Below are positions 1 to 7,664 of a DNA stretch of 35,207 bases, piece by piece. Origin of the DNA: an uncultured bacterium (GTDB taxonomy: Bacteria > SAR324 > NAC60-12); NCBI GenBank assembly GCA_965662845.1, contig CBFIJD010000027.1:1-35207 (forward strand), read 5' to 3'. Under the pieces are notes generated by a model. The model was not told the origin of the DNA. It searched no databases and saw only the letters and a program-made list of their open reading frames with translations. The position numbers and the translations under genes were made by a program. Position 1 is the first letter of the stretch, and every line of letters starts with the position of its first letter.

Positions 1-137
1 ACGTGCAGGGAGTCTGCCGTCGGGTCAAAGCCGGTGTAGCAGCAGAGGGGAGTGTGTTGGAGGCGAGAAGCGAGTTCGTCTGGGTGGGTCTGTTGCTGAG
101 AGAAACCTCGGGCGGCGAATTCTTCAAGGACGTTCAA
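1..137 (-). CDS. tyrS: Tyrosine--tRNA ligase, 5' end (runs off the window)
   Basis: Manual minus-strand translation from TTG at 137 gives MNVLEEFAARGFSQQQTHPDELASRLQHTPLCCYTGFDPTADSLHV, with the TyrS YxGFDPTADSLH motif leading into the HIGH signature. GGAG RBS at 147-150. Not in the ORF track. Confidence 0.93.
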   Translation of the reverse strand, partial: MNVLEEFAARGFSQQQTHPDELASRLQHTPLCCYTGFDPTADSLH

Positions 138-153
138 GGGATGGTACTCCAAT

Positions 154-606
154 TTAAAAGCGTGCGTTTCCTTGGCAAACTTCATTGCAGGAGGCCGGTT
201 CGTGACCACATTCGGCCACAAAGTAGCGGCCATTGTAGCACTCGCACTGCCCGCTCCAGCGGGGATCAATTCTTTGATCGCCAGCGAGAGTTTCAAAAGG
301 AACTTGGGGGATGGTGTCGTCGCAGACCGTGCGTTGTCGCCAGACATCTGCGACTTGCGATGGCGGAGGGATGAAGCGCTCAGGAGCTTCGGTCATGTCG
401 CAGGCTTGCAAACAGTCGTTATACACTTCGTAACAAGAGGGCCCTTCCAAGAAGACCTCTCGCTCGCTGCACTCTGGATACTCGAACTTGGGGTGGTCTA
501 CGACACAGCGCAGCAGACATTTGCTCTCTCCCACTGCCCAGAGTGGAGTCCCTGAGAACGCGATGGCTAACAGCGCGAACAACCCGGCGATTCCGTCTTT
601 ACTCAT
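154..606 (-). CDS. Secreted cysteine-rich hypothetical protein (150 aa, 12 Cys)
   Basis: Hydrophobic signal-like N-terminus ending PLWA; start overlaps the recR stop; ends just upstream of the tyrS RBS. Confidence 0.75.
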   Translation of the reverse strand: MSKDGIAGLFALLAIAFSGTPLWAVGESKCLLRCVVDHPKFEYPECSEREVFLEGPSCYEVYNDCLQACDMTEAPERFIPPPSQVADVWRQRTVCDDTIPQVPFETLAGDQRIDPRWSGQCECYNGRYFVAECGHEPASCNEVCQGNARF

Positions 607-1201
607 ACCAACCTCTCCGTCCAGAAAATGCTTCTTGTAGCGTCACTTCATCGACGTATTCCAAGTCCCCTCCCGCAGGGAGTCCACGGGCTAGGCGCGT
701 AATGCGAGGGACGGTTTCCGCGAACTCGCTCTGCAAGAAACCAGCCGTCGCTTCGCCTGAGACCGTAGGATTGGTCGCCAGAATCAGCTCGGCCACCCCG
801 TATTTCTGAATTCGTTGACGGAGGCTCTGAATTTTCAGTTGGTCTGGGCCCACTCCATCGAGGGGAGAGAGCGCCCCCAGCAGCACGTGATAGACGCCTT
901 GATAGACGCGGCTGCGCTCAATCTGAAAGACGTTGTTGGGTTGCTCGACCACACAAATCAGCTGATGGTCGCGCCGTTCATCCGCACAAATGGAGCAGAC
1001 CTCTGCGTCTGTAAAGGCAAAGCAGACTTTGCAGTGCCGAATTTGTTCTTTGACCTGCTGGATGGCCTCAGCGAAGTTTTGGGCTTCTTCGGTGGAGTAG
1101 CGGAGGACGCCGAAGGCGAGACGTGTGGCCGTTTTTTTGCCAATTCCAGGCAAGCGCGAGAATTCTTGAATCAGCCGCTCCAGCGCTTCGGGGAATTGCA
1201 T
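599..1201 (-). CDS. recR: Recombination mediator RecR
   Basis: LPGIGKKTATRLA HhH motif, CKVC..CSIC C4 zinc finger, Toprim segment ELILATNPTVSGEATA, RLARGLPAGGDLEYVD. Confidence 0.97.
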   Translation of the reverse strand: MQFPEALERLIQEFSRLPGIGKKTATRLAFGVLRYSTEEAQNFAEAIQQVKEQIRHCKVCFAFTDAEVCSICADERRDHQLICVVEQPNNVFQIERSRVYQGVYHVLLGALSPLDGVGPDQLKIQSLRQRIQKYGVAELILATNPTVSGEATAGFLQSEFAETVPRITRLARGLPAGGDLEYVDEVTLQEAFSGRRGWYE

Positions 1202-1203
1202 GC

Positions 1204-1701
1204 TCAGGATTCTTGTTGGAACAGGCGGTGTCCTAGACGGGCAGAGGTGATTTGCAAACCGATTGGATCATTCGTGGTGACCTCTACGCCGTTTTCGGCG
1301 GGGTCCCACGTCTCTGGATACGGCGCGATGGTCTCCTGCGTCATTTTTTGGAGGCGAGACTGATACTCTTCTTCGCGGGCGCGCAGCTGTTGGAGGAGCG
1401 ATCCCATCCCCCCCAGAAGCTTGCGGACTTTTGAGGCTTGTTGTTCTGCCTCGGCTTGTTGCAGCCGCTGCAGATTCCGCTGAGATATGGTGAACTCCGC
1501 GCGCACATCGATCTCAATCTCCTTCTCTTCGACGAGCGTCCCGCACTTGTGAATGCGCCCGCCCTCCATCTGCATCTCTGTGTACTCAATCGTGTTGCAG
1601 GTAGGGCAGTGGAGCCAGATCAAATATCCTGTGATGCTCCGACTTTCTTCTCGGGCGCGGCGCTCAGCGAGTCGGTCCGCGAGATTGATCACCTTGCTCA
1701 T
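1204..1701 (-). CDS. Hypothetical protein with CxxC..HxC zinc-ribbon-like motif and coiled coil
   Basis: HCPTC..HKCG motif, Q/E/R-rich helical C-half, ATGA overlap with the upstream receiver gene, 2 bp from recR. Confidence 0.75.
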   Translation of the reverse strand: MSKVINLADRLAERRAREESRSITGYLIWLHCPTCNTIEYTEMQMEGGRIHKCGTLVEEKEIEIDVRAEFTISQRNLQRLQQAEAEQQASKVRKLLGGMGSLLQQLRAREEEYQSRLQKMTQETIAPYPETWDPAENGVEVTTNDPIGLQITSARLGHRLFQQES

Positions 1702-2075
1702 TCAAGCCCCATCAAGGTTTTGGAGAGAGTGCCCGCATCAAACGGTTTGAAGATCGTGCTGTTCATTCCCGCAGACTTTCCGCGTGCGATCTGGTCGTCG
1801 AGCTGATCCATCAACATTAAGAGAACGGTGAGATTTTTTTTAGAGTGCGTTGTGCGAATCTGTTGAATCAGCTCCGCGCCAGAGCTGTCTGGCAGATGCC
1901 AATCCACCAGCGCGAGTTGGAACTTGTGTTTCGGCAACAGGCGCAGCGCGTCCTCCGCGGTCGCGGCCTCAATGCACAGCTCCGTCCCCAAATCCTTCAG
2001 ACATTGGCGGATCATACGACGCGAGGTCGTGAAATCGTCCACCAGCAAAACACGAGAGTCTTCATTCAGTTCCAT
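1698..2075 (-). CDS. Single-domain response regulator (CheY-like, atypical)
   Basis: VLLVDD acidic pocket, ALVDWHLPDSSG phospho-Asp region, KPF motif; 125 aa. Confidence 0.88.
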   Translation of the reverse strand: MELNEDSRVLLVDDFTTSRRMIRQCLKDLGTELCIEAATAEDALRLLPKHKFQLALVDWHLPDSSGAELIQQIRTTHSKKNLTVLLMLMDQLDDQIARGKSAGMNSTIFKPFDAGTLSKTLMGLE

Positions 2076-2175
2076 TCGGCCTTTTCAAATTTCAGAAGCG
2101 TTGTCATCAGGGGTGAGCGAGGTTCCAACCGCAGCATTCCAAGCAGAAAAGAGACCGTTTGCCGCAGCGCGTTTT

Positions 2176-2640
2176 TCAGAGTTGAGCGGCGTAGTCCATA
2201 ATGATCTGGAACTCTTCGGGCGTCACAGGCTGCACGGAGAGGCGAGCCCCTTTGCGCAGCAGCAGCATCTCTTCTAGCCCGGCAATCGTACGAATTTCAG
2301 AGAGCGGGACGGGGCGCGGGAACTCAGACACAAACTGCACATCCACCATAAACCAGCGCGGAGCCTCCGGCGTGCTCTTCTCGTCAAAGTATTTGCTCGT
2401 GGGATCCCACGCGGTGTGGTCTGGATACGCCTCTCGGACCACGCGCGCAGTCCCCACGAGCGATGGGTTTTGACGGCTGTGATAGAACAACACCGGGTCC
2501 CCTATGCTCATGTGATCACGCATCAGGTTGCGGGCTTGATAGTTGCGCACGCCGTCCCAAGGCTCCGTCTGCTGCGGGCGTGCTTTCAGGTCTTGCAACG
2601 AGAACGCGTCCGGTTCGGACTTCATCAACCAGTGCTTCAT
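2176..2640 (-). CDS. EVE domain protein
   Basis: MKHWLMKSEP, WDGVRNYQARN, FYHS, PRWFMVDV and RLSVQPV signatures. Confidence 0.95.
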   Translation of the reverse strand: MKHWLMKSEPDAFSLQDLKARPQQTEPWDGVRNYQARNLMRDHMSIGDPVLFYHSRQNPSLVGTARVVREAYPDHTAWDPTSKYFDEKSTPEAPRWFMVDVQFVSEFPRPVPLSEIRTIAGLEEMLLLRKGARLSVQPVTPEEFQIIMDYAAQL

Positions 2641-2978
2641 CCTTCGGCGTCGTGTTCAAGCGACTCGTTCACTCGCACGGGCTTCATCTGCATCGCAGGC
2701 GCTCCTTTGCGAATCCAAAGCCGCACTCGCTCCACCGTCACCCCACTCTCGCGGGTCAGGCTGGCAAGTTTTTCCGCGTACACGATGTCGTCGACTCGGA
2801 ACTCATACAGCATGCTGTTGGACTCTTGCGGGTGCAGCAGCAACAACACGAGCCCGGGGTTGTAATGCAGACGAAGCGAGCCCGCGAAAGGGATCGCTTC
2901 GTCTGTGAGATTCGTGGGCCGTTGTTGGGAGATCTGCAGTTCGTAGAAGGTCCCTTCTTCAAGCAGCAGACGAGTCAT
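2637..2978 (-). CDS. Conserved hypothetical protein
   Basis: 113 aa, GGAG RBS, ATGA overlap with the EVE gene. From memory, YEFRVDDI and VRLWIRKG resemble a small uncharacterised deltaproteobacterial/spirochaete family. Confidence 0.7.
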   Translation of the reverse strand: MTRLLLEEGTFYELQISQQRPTNLTDEAIPFAGSLRLHYNPGLVLLLLHPQESNSMLYEFRVDDIVYAEKLASLTRESGVTVERVRLWIRKGAPAMQMKPVRVNESLEHDAEG

Positions 2979-2998
2979 AAGGGCTCCAGAGACAGCGA

Positions 2999-4042
2999 TT
3001 ATTGATTCTCAGGACGCAGCGGGCGCAATTCTTTGCCAGCCTGCCACATCTCTTGTTCGCGGATGGCATCCAATTCGGCCTCCAATTTTGCTCGGTAATC
3101 GGGCTGTGAGTTGGTCTCGATGGAGCGGCGAGCTTCATCTCCACGGATGACGCTCTGATAGCAGTCTTCGATGACCGGCTTGAGGGCTGCGTAAAATTTT
3201 GGAGCCCAGTCTAGCGCGCCGCGCTGAGCCGTTGTGGAACAATTCGCATACATCCAGTCCATGCCCTTCTCCGCGACGAGGGGATAGAGACTTTGCAGCG
3301 CTTCTTCAATCGTCTCGTTGTACGCCTCCGAGGGAGAGTGACCATGCTCTCGCAGCACTTCATATTGAGCCAAGAAGGCGCCTTGCAGCATGCCCATCAA
3401 AACGCAGCGTTCACCAGTCAAGTCGCTGTGCACCTCTTTCGCAAAGGTGGTCTCGAACAAGTGCCCTGAACCGATGGCGAAGGCCGTGGCGACACAGCGC
3501 TCTCGGGCTTGGCCAGTGAAGTCTTGGTGAATTGCGAACGAGCTGTTGATCCCGCGACCTTGCTGAAAATGGGTTCGGACGGTCAAGCCGCTGCCTTTGG
3601 GCGCGACAAGGATCACGTCAACGTTGGCGGGCGGCTCAATGCGCGTGTCTTGGTTGAAGACCACACCAAACCCGTGTGAGAAGTAGAGCGCGTCGCCTTC
3701 GTTCAACGCGGCTTTGATGGTCGGCCACATCGAGATCTGCGCCGCGTCTGACAGCAAGTATTGCAGGATTGTCCCGCGCTTTGCCGCTTCTTCAATCTCA
3801 AACAGATTCTCACCTTCTACCCAGCCATCGGCCACTGCCTTATCCCAGCTTCCCCCGCGACGGAGCCCCACGATTACGTTGAATCCTTGGTCACGCATAT
3901 TCAGTCCTTGCCCACGACCTTGGGGGCCGTATCCCAAAATAGCGGTGACTTCTTTGTCTAAAATTTCTTTGCAGCGCTCTAAAGGATAGTCGCTTCGTTC
4001 AATGATCGTTTCGCGCGTGCCGTTGATGTTGATTTCTTTCAT
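2999..4042 (-). CDS. ilvC: Ketol-acid reductoisomerase
   Basis: Rossmann ILGYGPQGRGQGLN, FSHGF, VAPKGSG, SDLTGER and MYANCSTTAQRGALDW motifs. Confidence 0.96.
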   Translation of the reverse strand: MKEININGTRETIIERSDYPLERCKEILDKEVTAILGYGPQGRGQGLNMRDQGFNVIVGLRRGGSWDKAVADGWVEGENLFEIEEAAKRGTILQYLLSDAAQISMWPTIKAALNEGDALYFSHGFGVVFNQDTRIEPPANVDVILVAPKGSGLTVRTHFQQGRGINSSFAIHQDFTGQARERCVATAFAIGSGHLFETTFAKEVHSDLTGERCVLMGMLQGAFLAQYEVLREHGHSPSEAYNETIEEALQSLYPLVAEKGMDWMYANCSTTAQRGALDWAPKFYAALKPVIEDCYQSVIRGDEARRSIETNSQPDYRAKLEAELDAIREQEMWQAGKELRPLRPENQ

Positions 4043-4090
4043 GGGTTACCGATGCCGTTGAGGGGGTCGAGAATGTCAAAAAAGCGTTAC

Positions 4091-4118
4091 AACATAGGTT
4101 CCCACATAGAAATGTCAA
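4091..4118 (-). promoter_or_regulatory. Sigma70-type promoter for the ilvC operon
   Basis: Minus strand TTGACA (4118-4113), 16-bp spacer, TATGTT (4096-4091). Confidence 0.6.
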
Positions 4119-4169
4119 TCCTTTAGGGCGGCACAGCCAGGGCTTTTCTCAGCATTCTCAAAAAAATTC

Positions 4170-4197
4170 TTGCATTCTGCACCAAATCCTCTATCTT
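4170..4197 (+). promoter_or_regulatory. Sigma70-type promoter for tRNA-Asn
   Basis: A-tract, then TTGCAT (4170-4175), 16-bp spacer, TATCTT (4192-4197), 17 bp before the tRNA. Confidence 0.55.
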
Positions 4198-4214
4198 CTC
4201 TCGCTTCCTTGCAC

Positions 4215-4290
4215 TCCCCAATAGCTCAGTCGGTAGAGCAACTGACTGTTAATCAGTGGGTCGCTGGTTCGAGTCCAGCTTGGGGAGCCA
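4215..4290 (+). tRNA. tRNA-Asn (GTT)
   Basis: 76 nt; acceptor stem TCCCCAA/TTGGGGA, D-arm AGCTCAGTCGGTAGAGC, anticodon arm ACTGA-CTGTTAA-TCAGT, GGTTCGAGTCC T-loop, encoded CCA. Confidence 0.98.
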
Positions 4291-4667
4291 GCAACGGCAA
4301 GGTTTTGCAGCCCCTCTCAAAAAATCCCCCAGACCGCACAACCAGAACGTCCCAAGCGCACGCACGCCCCCCAGAAATTCCTCAGACCTGCTTCGACAAA
4401 AACAGAACCTCTCTCCAGATTCTCTGAACCGTGTCACAGCCCGACGACCAATCGCTGCCTAGCTGCGATCTTCAGCGCTGCCCCAGCGCTGTGTGGATGC
4501 GCCCGGAACCCCATGCTGTCAATTTGAGCGTACTCCATTCTCCACGACGTCTCCCTCATCATCGCTCCCGTCAACCGCCCTGAGTTTGCTTTGTATGCTG
4601 ATTTGCTGTAGAAGCGAGTCCCATTTTTGTGACACATCGCTTTCATTCCCGAATTTGGAAACACCAA

Positions 4668-7343
4668 ATGTCTACTCAATCTTCAGCATCCGAAGCCACA
4701 CGTGTCGCCACGCTGCGCGAGTATGACATCCTCGACACTCCTCCCGAAGAAGCGTTTGAAGAGATTACGCAACTTGTCGCAGAGCAGCTAGACGCCCCCA
4801 TCGCGCTGATTTCGCTCGTGGACGAACACCGCCAATGGTTCAAGTCCGCGCATGGGCTCACCACCTCCGAGACACCCCGCGAACACGCCTTCTGCGCTCA
4901 CGCCTTGTCCCAGCCCGATCAGATCCTGCAAGTGCTCGACGCGAGCCACGACGCTCGCTTTCAGGACAACCCGCTCGTTACGGCAGACCCCAAGATCCGC
5001 TTTTACGCTGGCGCCCCGCTCGTTGCGCCCAACGGGCAAGCCCTCGGCACACTCTGTGTGATTGACACGAAACCGCGACCAGCGCTCACCCTGAAACAAC
5101 AGCGCCTGCTACAGCTCCAGAGCAAACACGTCATCAAGCTGCTCGAGCTGCGCAAACGAACGCGACAGGAGCAACAGCTGCTCGCGCAGTCGGCCCTTGG
5201 GCAAGCACGTCAGCAGCAAATCTTAGAGCTTACGCAGTGCGGAGGGTGGTATTGGGACGCGCAGCTCGACGTCGCCCACTGGGATCTGCGCACCTTCCAG
5301 ATTATGGGACTCGAGCCGGGGACGCCACTTGACCGCGACACCTACGTGCGGTGTGTGCAGCACGATGACCGCGAGCGGGTGCAGCACGGCATCCAGTCGC
5401 TGTTTGAGGGAGCCGCCAGCTTCCAAGCGACGTATCGCGTACAGCACCCTGACGGCACAACGCGCTGGGTGACCTCAGACAGCCGCCTGAAGCGCACCGC
5501 GAGCGGTGAACCCGCAGAGCTTGTCGGATATGTGCAAGACATCACCGCGCTCAAAGACGCCGCCCGCGAGCGCGAGCACCTGCTGGAGTCGCTCCAAGTC
5601 GTGCAAGAGCTCAGCGACGTCAGCAGCTTTGTGGTCTTCGCCGCTACCGAGCTCGTGGAGTGCGACCCCCGCCTCCAAGCCCAGCTGCATTTGCCCCAAG
5701 CCCAGCTGACGCTAGCGCGCTTCCTGCAGCTGTTCCCGCAACAAGAGTCCACCTTCCGATACACGCTGCGGCAAACCAAGCAACAAGGGACGCAAACCTT
5801 CCAGCTCCACTTTGTCGGCGCAAAGGAAGAGCGCTGGTTCCGAGGCGCGATGATCCGGCGCCGCTCCCACGACAACAACGAGCTGACGCTGGTCGCCTCA
5901 CTCACCGACATCACTGCAGAGACCCGACAACGCCAGCAGCTCCAGCAGAGCCTCATGCAACAAGAGCGGCTGTTCACCAAGCTCCGCCTCACCCAAGACA
6001 TCGCCCAAATCGGCACCTTTGAGTTCTTCCCAACTCAGGGGCGTGTAGAAGGCGACGCGCTCTTCTGGTTGCTCTACGGGATCTCTGAAAACACAGGGCT
6101 TCAACACCGAACACCGAACACCGAACACCGAACACCGAACACCGAACACCGAACACCGAACACCGAACACCGAACACCGAAGGGAATCGTGAGCTTCGAC
6201 TACGCTTTCCAGCGTGTGCCTCCCGAACAGCGCGCCGCCATCAAAGCTTGGCTGGCTGCGCTCCGTGAAACAGCGCGTGTCTCCCAAGATCCTCAAAATC
6301 CTCACCGCGAAGCCACGCCGCCGCTCCGCGAAGCCAGCGACGTCGTCGTCCCGCAGGGCGCAACTCTCGACCACATCTTTCGGCGTGTGCTCCCCGAAGA
6401 TCGCCCTCTCCTTGAAGACGCGGTGCGGCGCTCTGTTTACGAAGACATCGCCGTGACGTATCGCATTCAGCACCCTGAGTCGGGCATACGTTGGCTTCAC
6501 GTCGAGACGGGGATGCGTCGGCTTGAGGACGGCTCGCCGTTGGTGCTGGGCGTTGTGCGAGACATCACCGCGCAGAAGGTCGCCGAACAGCAGCGCGACC
6601 AAGAGCACTTGGAACAGAAGATGGCCGCGCTCAACACCCTCACCGCGCAGTTGGGACATGAGCTGCGCACCCCGCTCCAAGGCCTCTCGGCCCACACCGA
6701 GCTGATTGAGACTCTGCTAGAGTCGGGCAAAACTGAGGCGGTGCGCAGAGTCCTCAAGCGCATTCGCCGCCACGGACAGCAGCTCGGTGACATGCTGGGC
6801 GGCATGCGGCGCTTGGTGCGCGAAGACTATCTTGGACGCACCAACGTGGAGTACGCTCCTGTGCAGCTCCAGACCTTGGTCAAGAACCTCACGAAGCTGC
6901 GCCAAACGCAGCAACCGCAGCTGCGCTGGGAGATCGCGGCGAACGCGCCGGAAGCCCTCGTCAGCGGCGTGTCTGTTCACCTGCAGATGGTGCTCGACCA
7001 CCTCCTCAACAACGCCTGTGATGCGCTCGCAGAGACCACAGATCCCACGATCACCGTCCGGCTCTTTGCCGACGAACAACAAGTGACCCTCCAAGTCAGC
7101 GACAACGGCCACGGCATGGACACCGCCACGCAAGCGCGCATCTTTGATCCTTTCTTCACCACACGCCCAATCGGCGCAGGCTCCGGGTTGGGGCTGCCGT
7201 TCTGTCGGAACATCATCACCGACCATCAAGGCTCGCTCACGTGTCAGAGCGCGCCCGCACAAGGCGCCACCTTCACCATCGTGTTGCCGCGCCTCTTGCC
7301 CGTGGCGGGTGAGCCGCCCACAGCTCCCGACAACAACGCTTGA
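4668..7343 (+). CDS. Cytoplasmic GAF-PAS sensor histidine kinase (no receiver domain)
   Basis: N-terminal GAF (LREYDILDT, IRFYAGAPL, GTLCVID), several PAS/PAC segments ending DIT, H-box GHELRTPL, N-box LLNNACDA, DNGHGM, FDPFFTT, GSGLGL. ATG 4668 preferred over GTG 4629. Confidence 0.93.
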   Translation: MSTQSSASEATRVATLREYDILDTPPEEAFEEITQLVAEQLDAPIALISLVDEHRQWFKSAHGLTTSETPREHAFCAHALSQPDQILQVLDASHDARFQDNPLVTADPKIRFYAGAPLVAPNGQALGTLCVIDTKPRPALTLKQQRLLQLQSKHVIKLLELRKRTRQEQQLLAQSALGQARQQQILELTQCGGWYWDAQLDVAHWDLRTFQIMGLEPGTPLDRDTYVRCVQHDDRERVQHGIQSLFEGAASFQATYRVQHPDGTTRWVTSDSRLKRTASGEPAELVGYVQDITALKDAAREREHLLESLQVVQELSDVSSFVVFAATELVECDPRLQAQLHLPQAQLTLARFLQLFPQQESTFRYTLRQTKQQGTQTFQLHFVGAKEERWFRGAMIRRRSHDNNELTLVASLTDITAETRQRQQLQQSLMQQERLFTKLRLTQDIAQIGTFEFFPTQGRVEGDALFWLLYGISENTGLQHRTPNTEHRTPNTEHRTPNTEHRTPKGIVSFDYAFQRVPPEQRAAIKAWLAALRETARVSQDPQNPHREATPPLREASDVVVPQGATLDHIFRRVLPEDRPLLEDAVRRSVYEDIAVTYRIQHPESGIRWLHVETGMRRLEDGSPLVLGVVRDITAQKVAEQQRDQEHLEQKMAALNTLTAQLGHELRTPLQGLSAHTELIETLLESGKTEAVRRVLKRIRRHGQQLGDMLGGMRRLVREDYLGRTNVEYAPVQLQTLVKNLTKLRQTQQPQLRWEIAANAPEALVSGVSVHLQMVLDHLLNNACDALAETTDPTITVRLFADEQQVTLQVSDNGHGMDTATQARIFDPFFTTRPIGAGSGLGLPFCRNIITDHQGSLTCQSAPAQGATFTIVLPRLLPVAGEPPTAPDNNA
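6103..6181 (+). repeat. Perfect heptamer tandem repeat (AACACCG)x11 inside the kinase CDS
   Basis: 11 exact units at 6103-6179 plus AA; translates as repeated HRTPNTE. Confidence 0.97.
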
Positions 7344-7346
7344 CCC

Positions 7347-7369
7347 CGCAGGCGAACGAGACGCCTGCG
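7347..7369 (+). terminator. GC-rich hairpin just after the kinase stop (no U-tract)
   Basis: CGCAGGCG-aacgaga-CGCCTGCG, 8-bp stem. Confidence 0.35.
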
Positions 7370-7389
7370 CCGCGCAGCTGAGAACCAGA

Positions 7390-7529
7390 CGTCTCAACAG
7401 AACGCAGCGCTAAAATGAAAAACTCAGATTATCTGAAATAAAAGAGAAATCAGAGTGAGCGGGCGAGCGTCAGGCGTCTCAACAGAACGCAGCGCTAAAA
7501 TGAAAAATTCAGATTATCTGAAATAAAAG
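7390..7529. repeat. Two 55-bp direct repeats (7390-7444, 7475-7529) separated by 30 bp
   Basis: CGTCTCAACAGAACGCAGCGCTAAAATGAAAAA(C/T)TCAGATTATCTGAAATAAAAG, one mismatch; internal palindrome TCAGAT-T-ATCTGA. Confidence 0.92.
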
Positions 7530-7664
7530 GGATACCAAGATAATCAAATTAAAACTGATTTAGCGAGACCAAGCGGAGAGGAGAGGGGGGCGGCGACCTC
7601 AACGGAGGCCGCTTTGCAGAGAAGAGCTGTCGGGGAGGAGAGGCGCAGGGCCCCGCGGAGAGGG

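Noticed and set aside
3..374. 123-aa plus-strand ORF and the many other antisense or alternate-frame ORFs in the track
   Set aside because: Shadow ORFs of well-supported genes in GC-rich DNA; this one is antisense to tyrS and the Cys-rich gene.
4170..4462. Short ORFs overlapping tRNA-Asn (likewise 34944-35195 over tRNA-Lys)
   Set aside because: Translations of tRNA sequence.
7390..7529. Mini CRISPR array (repeat, 30-bp spacer, repeat)
   Set aside because: Only two copies, 55 bp is longer than typical CRISPR repeats, and there is no cas gene in the window.
4291..7600. Intact prophage or ICE at tRNA-Asn
   Set aside because: No integrase and no duplicated tRNA 3' end found; at most a relic island.
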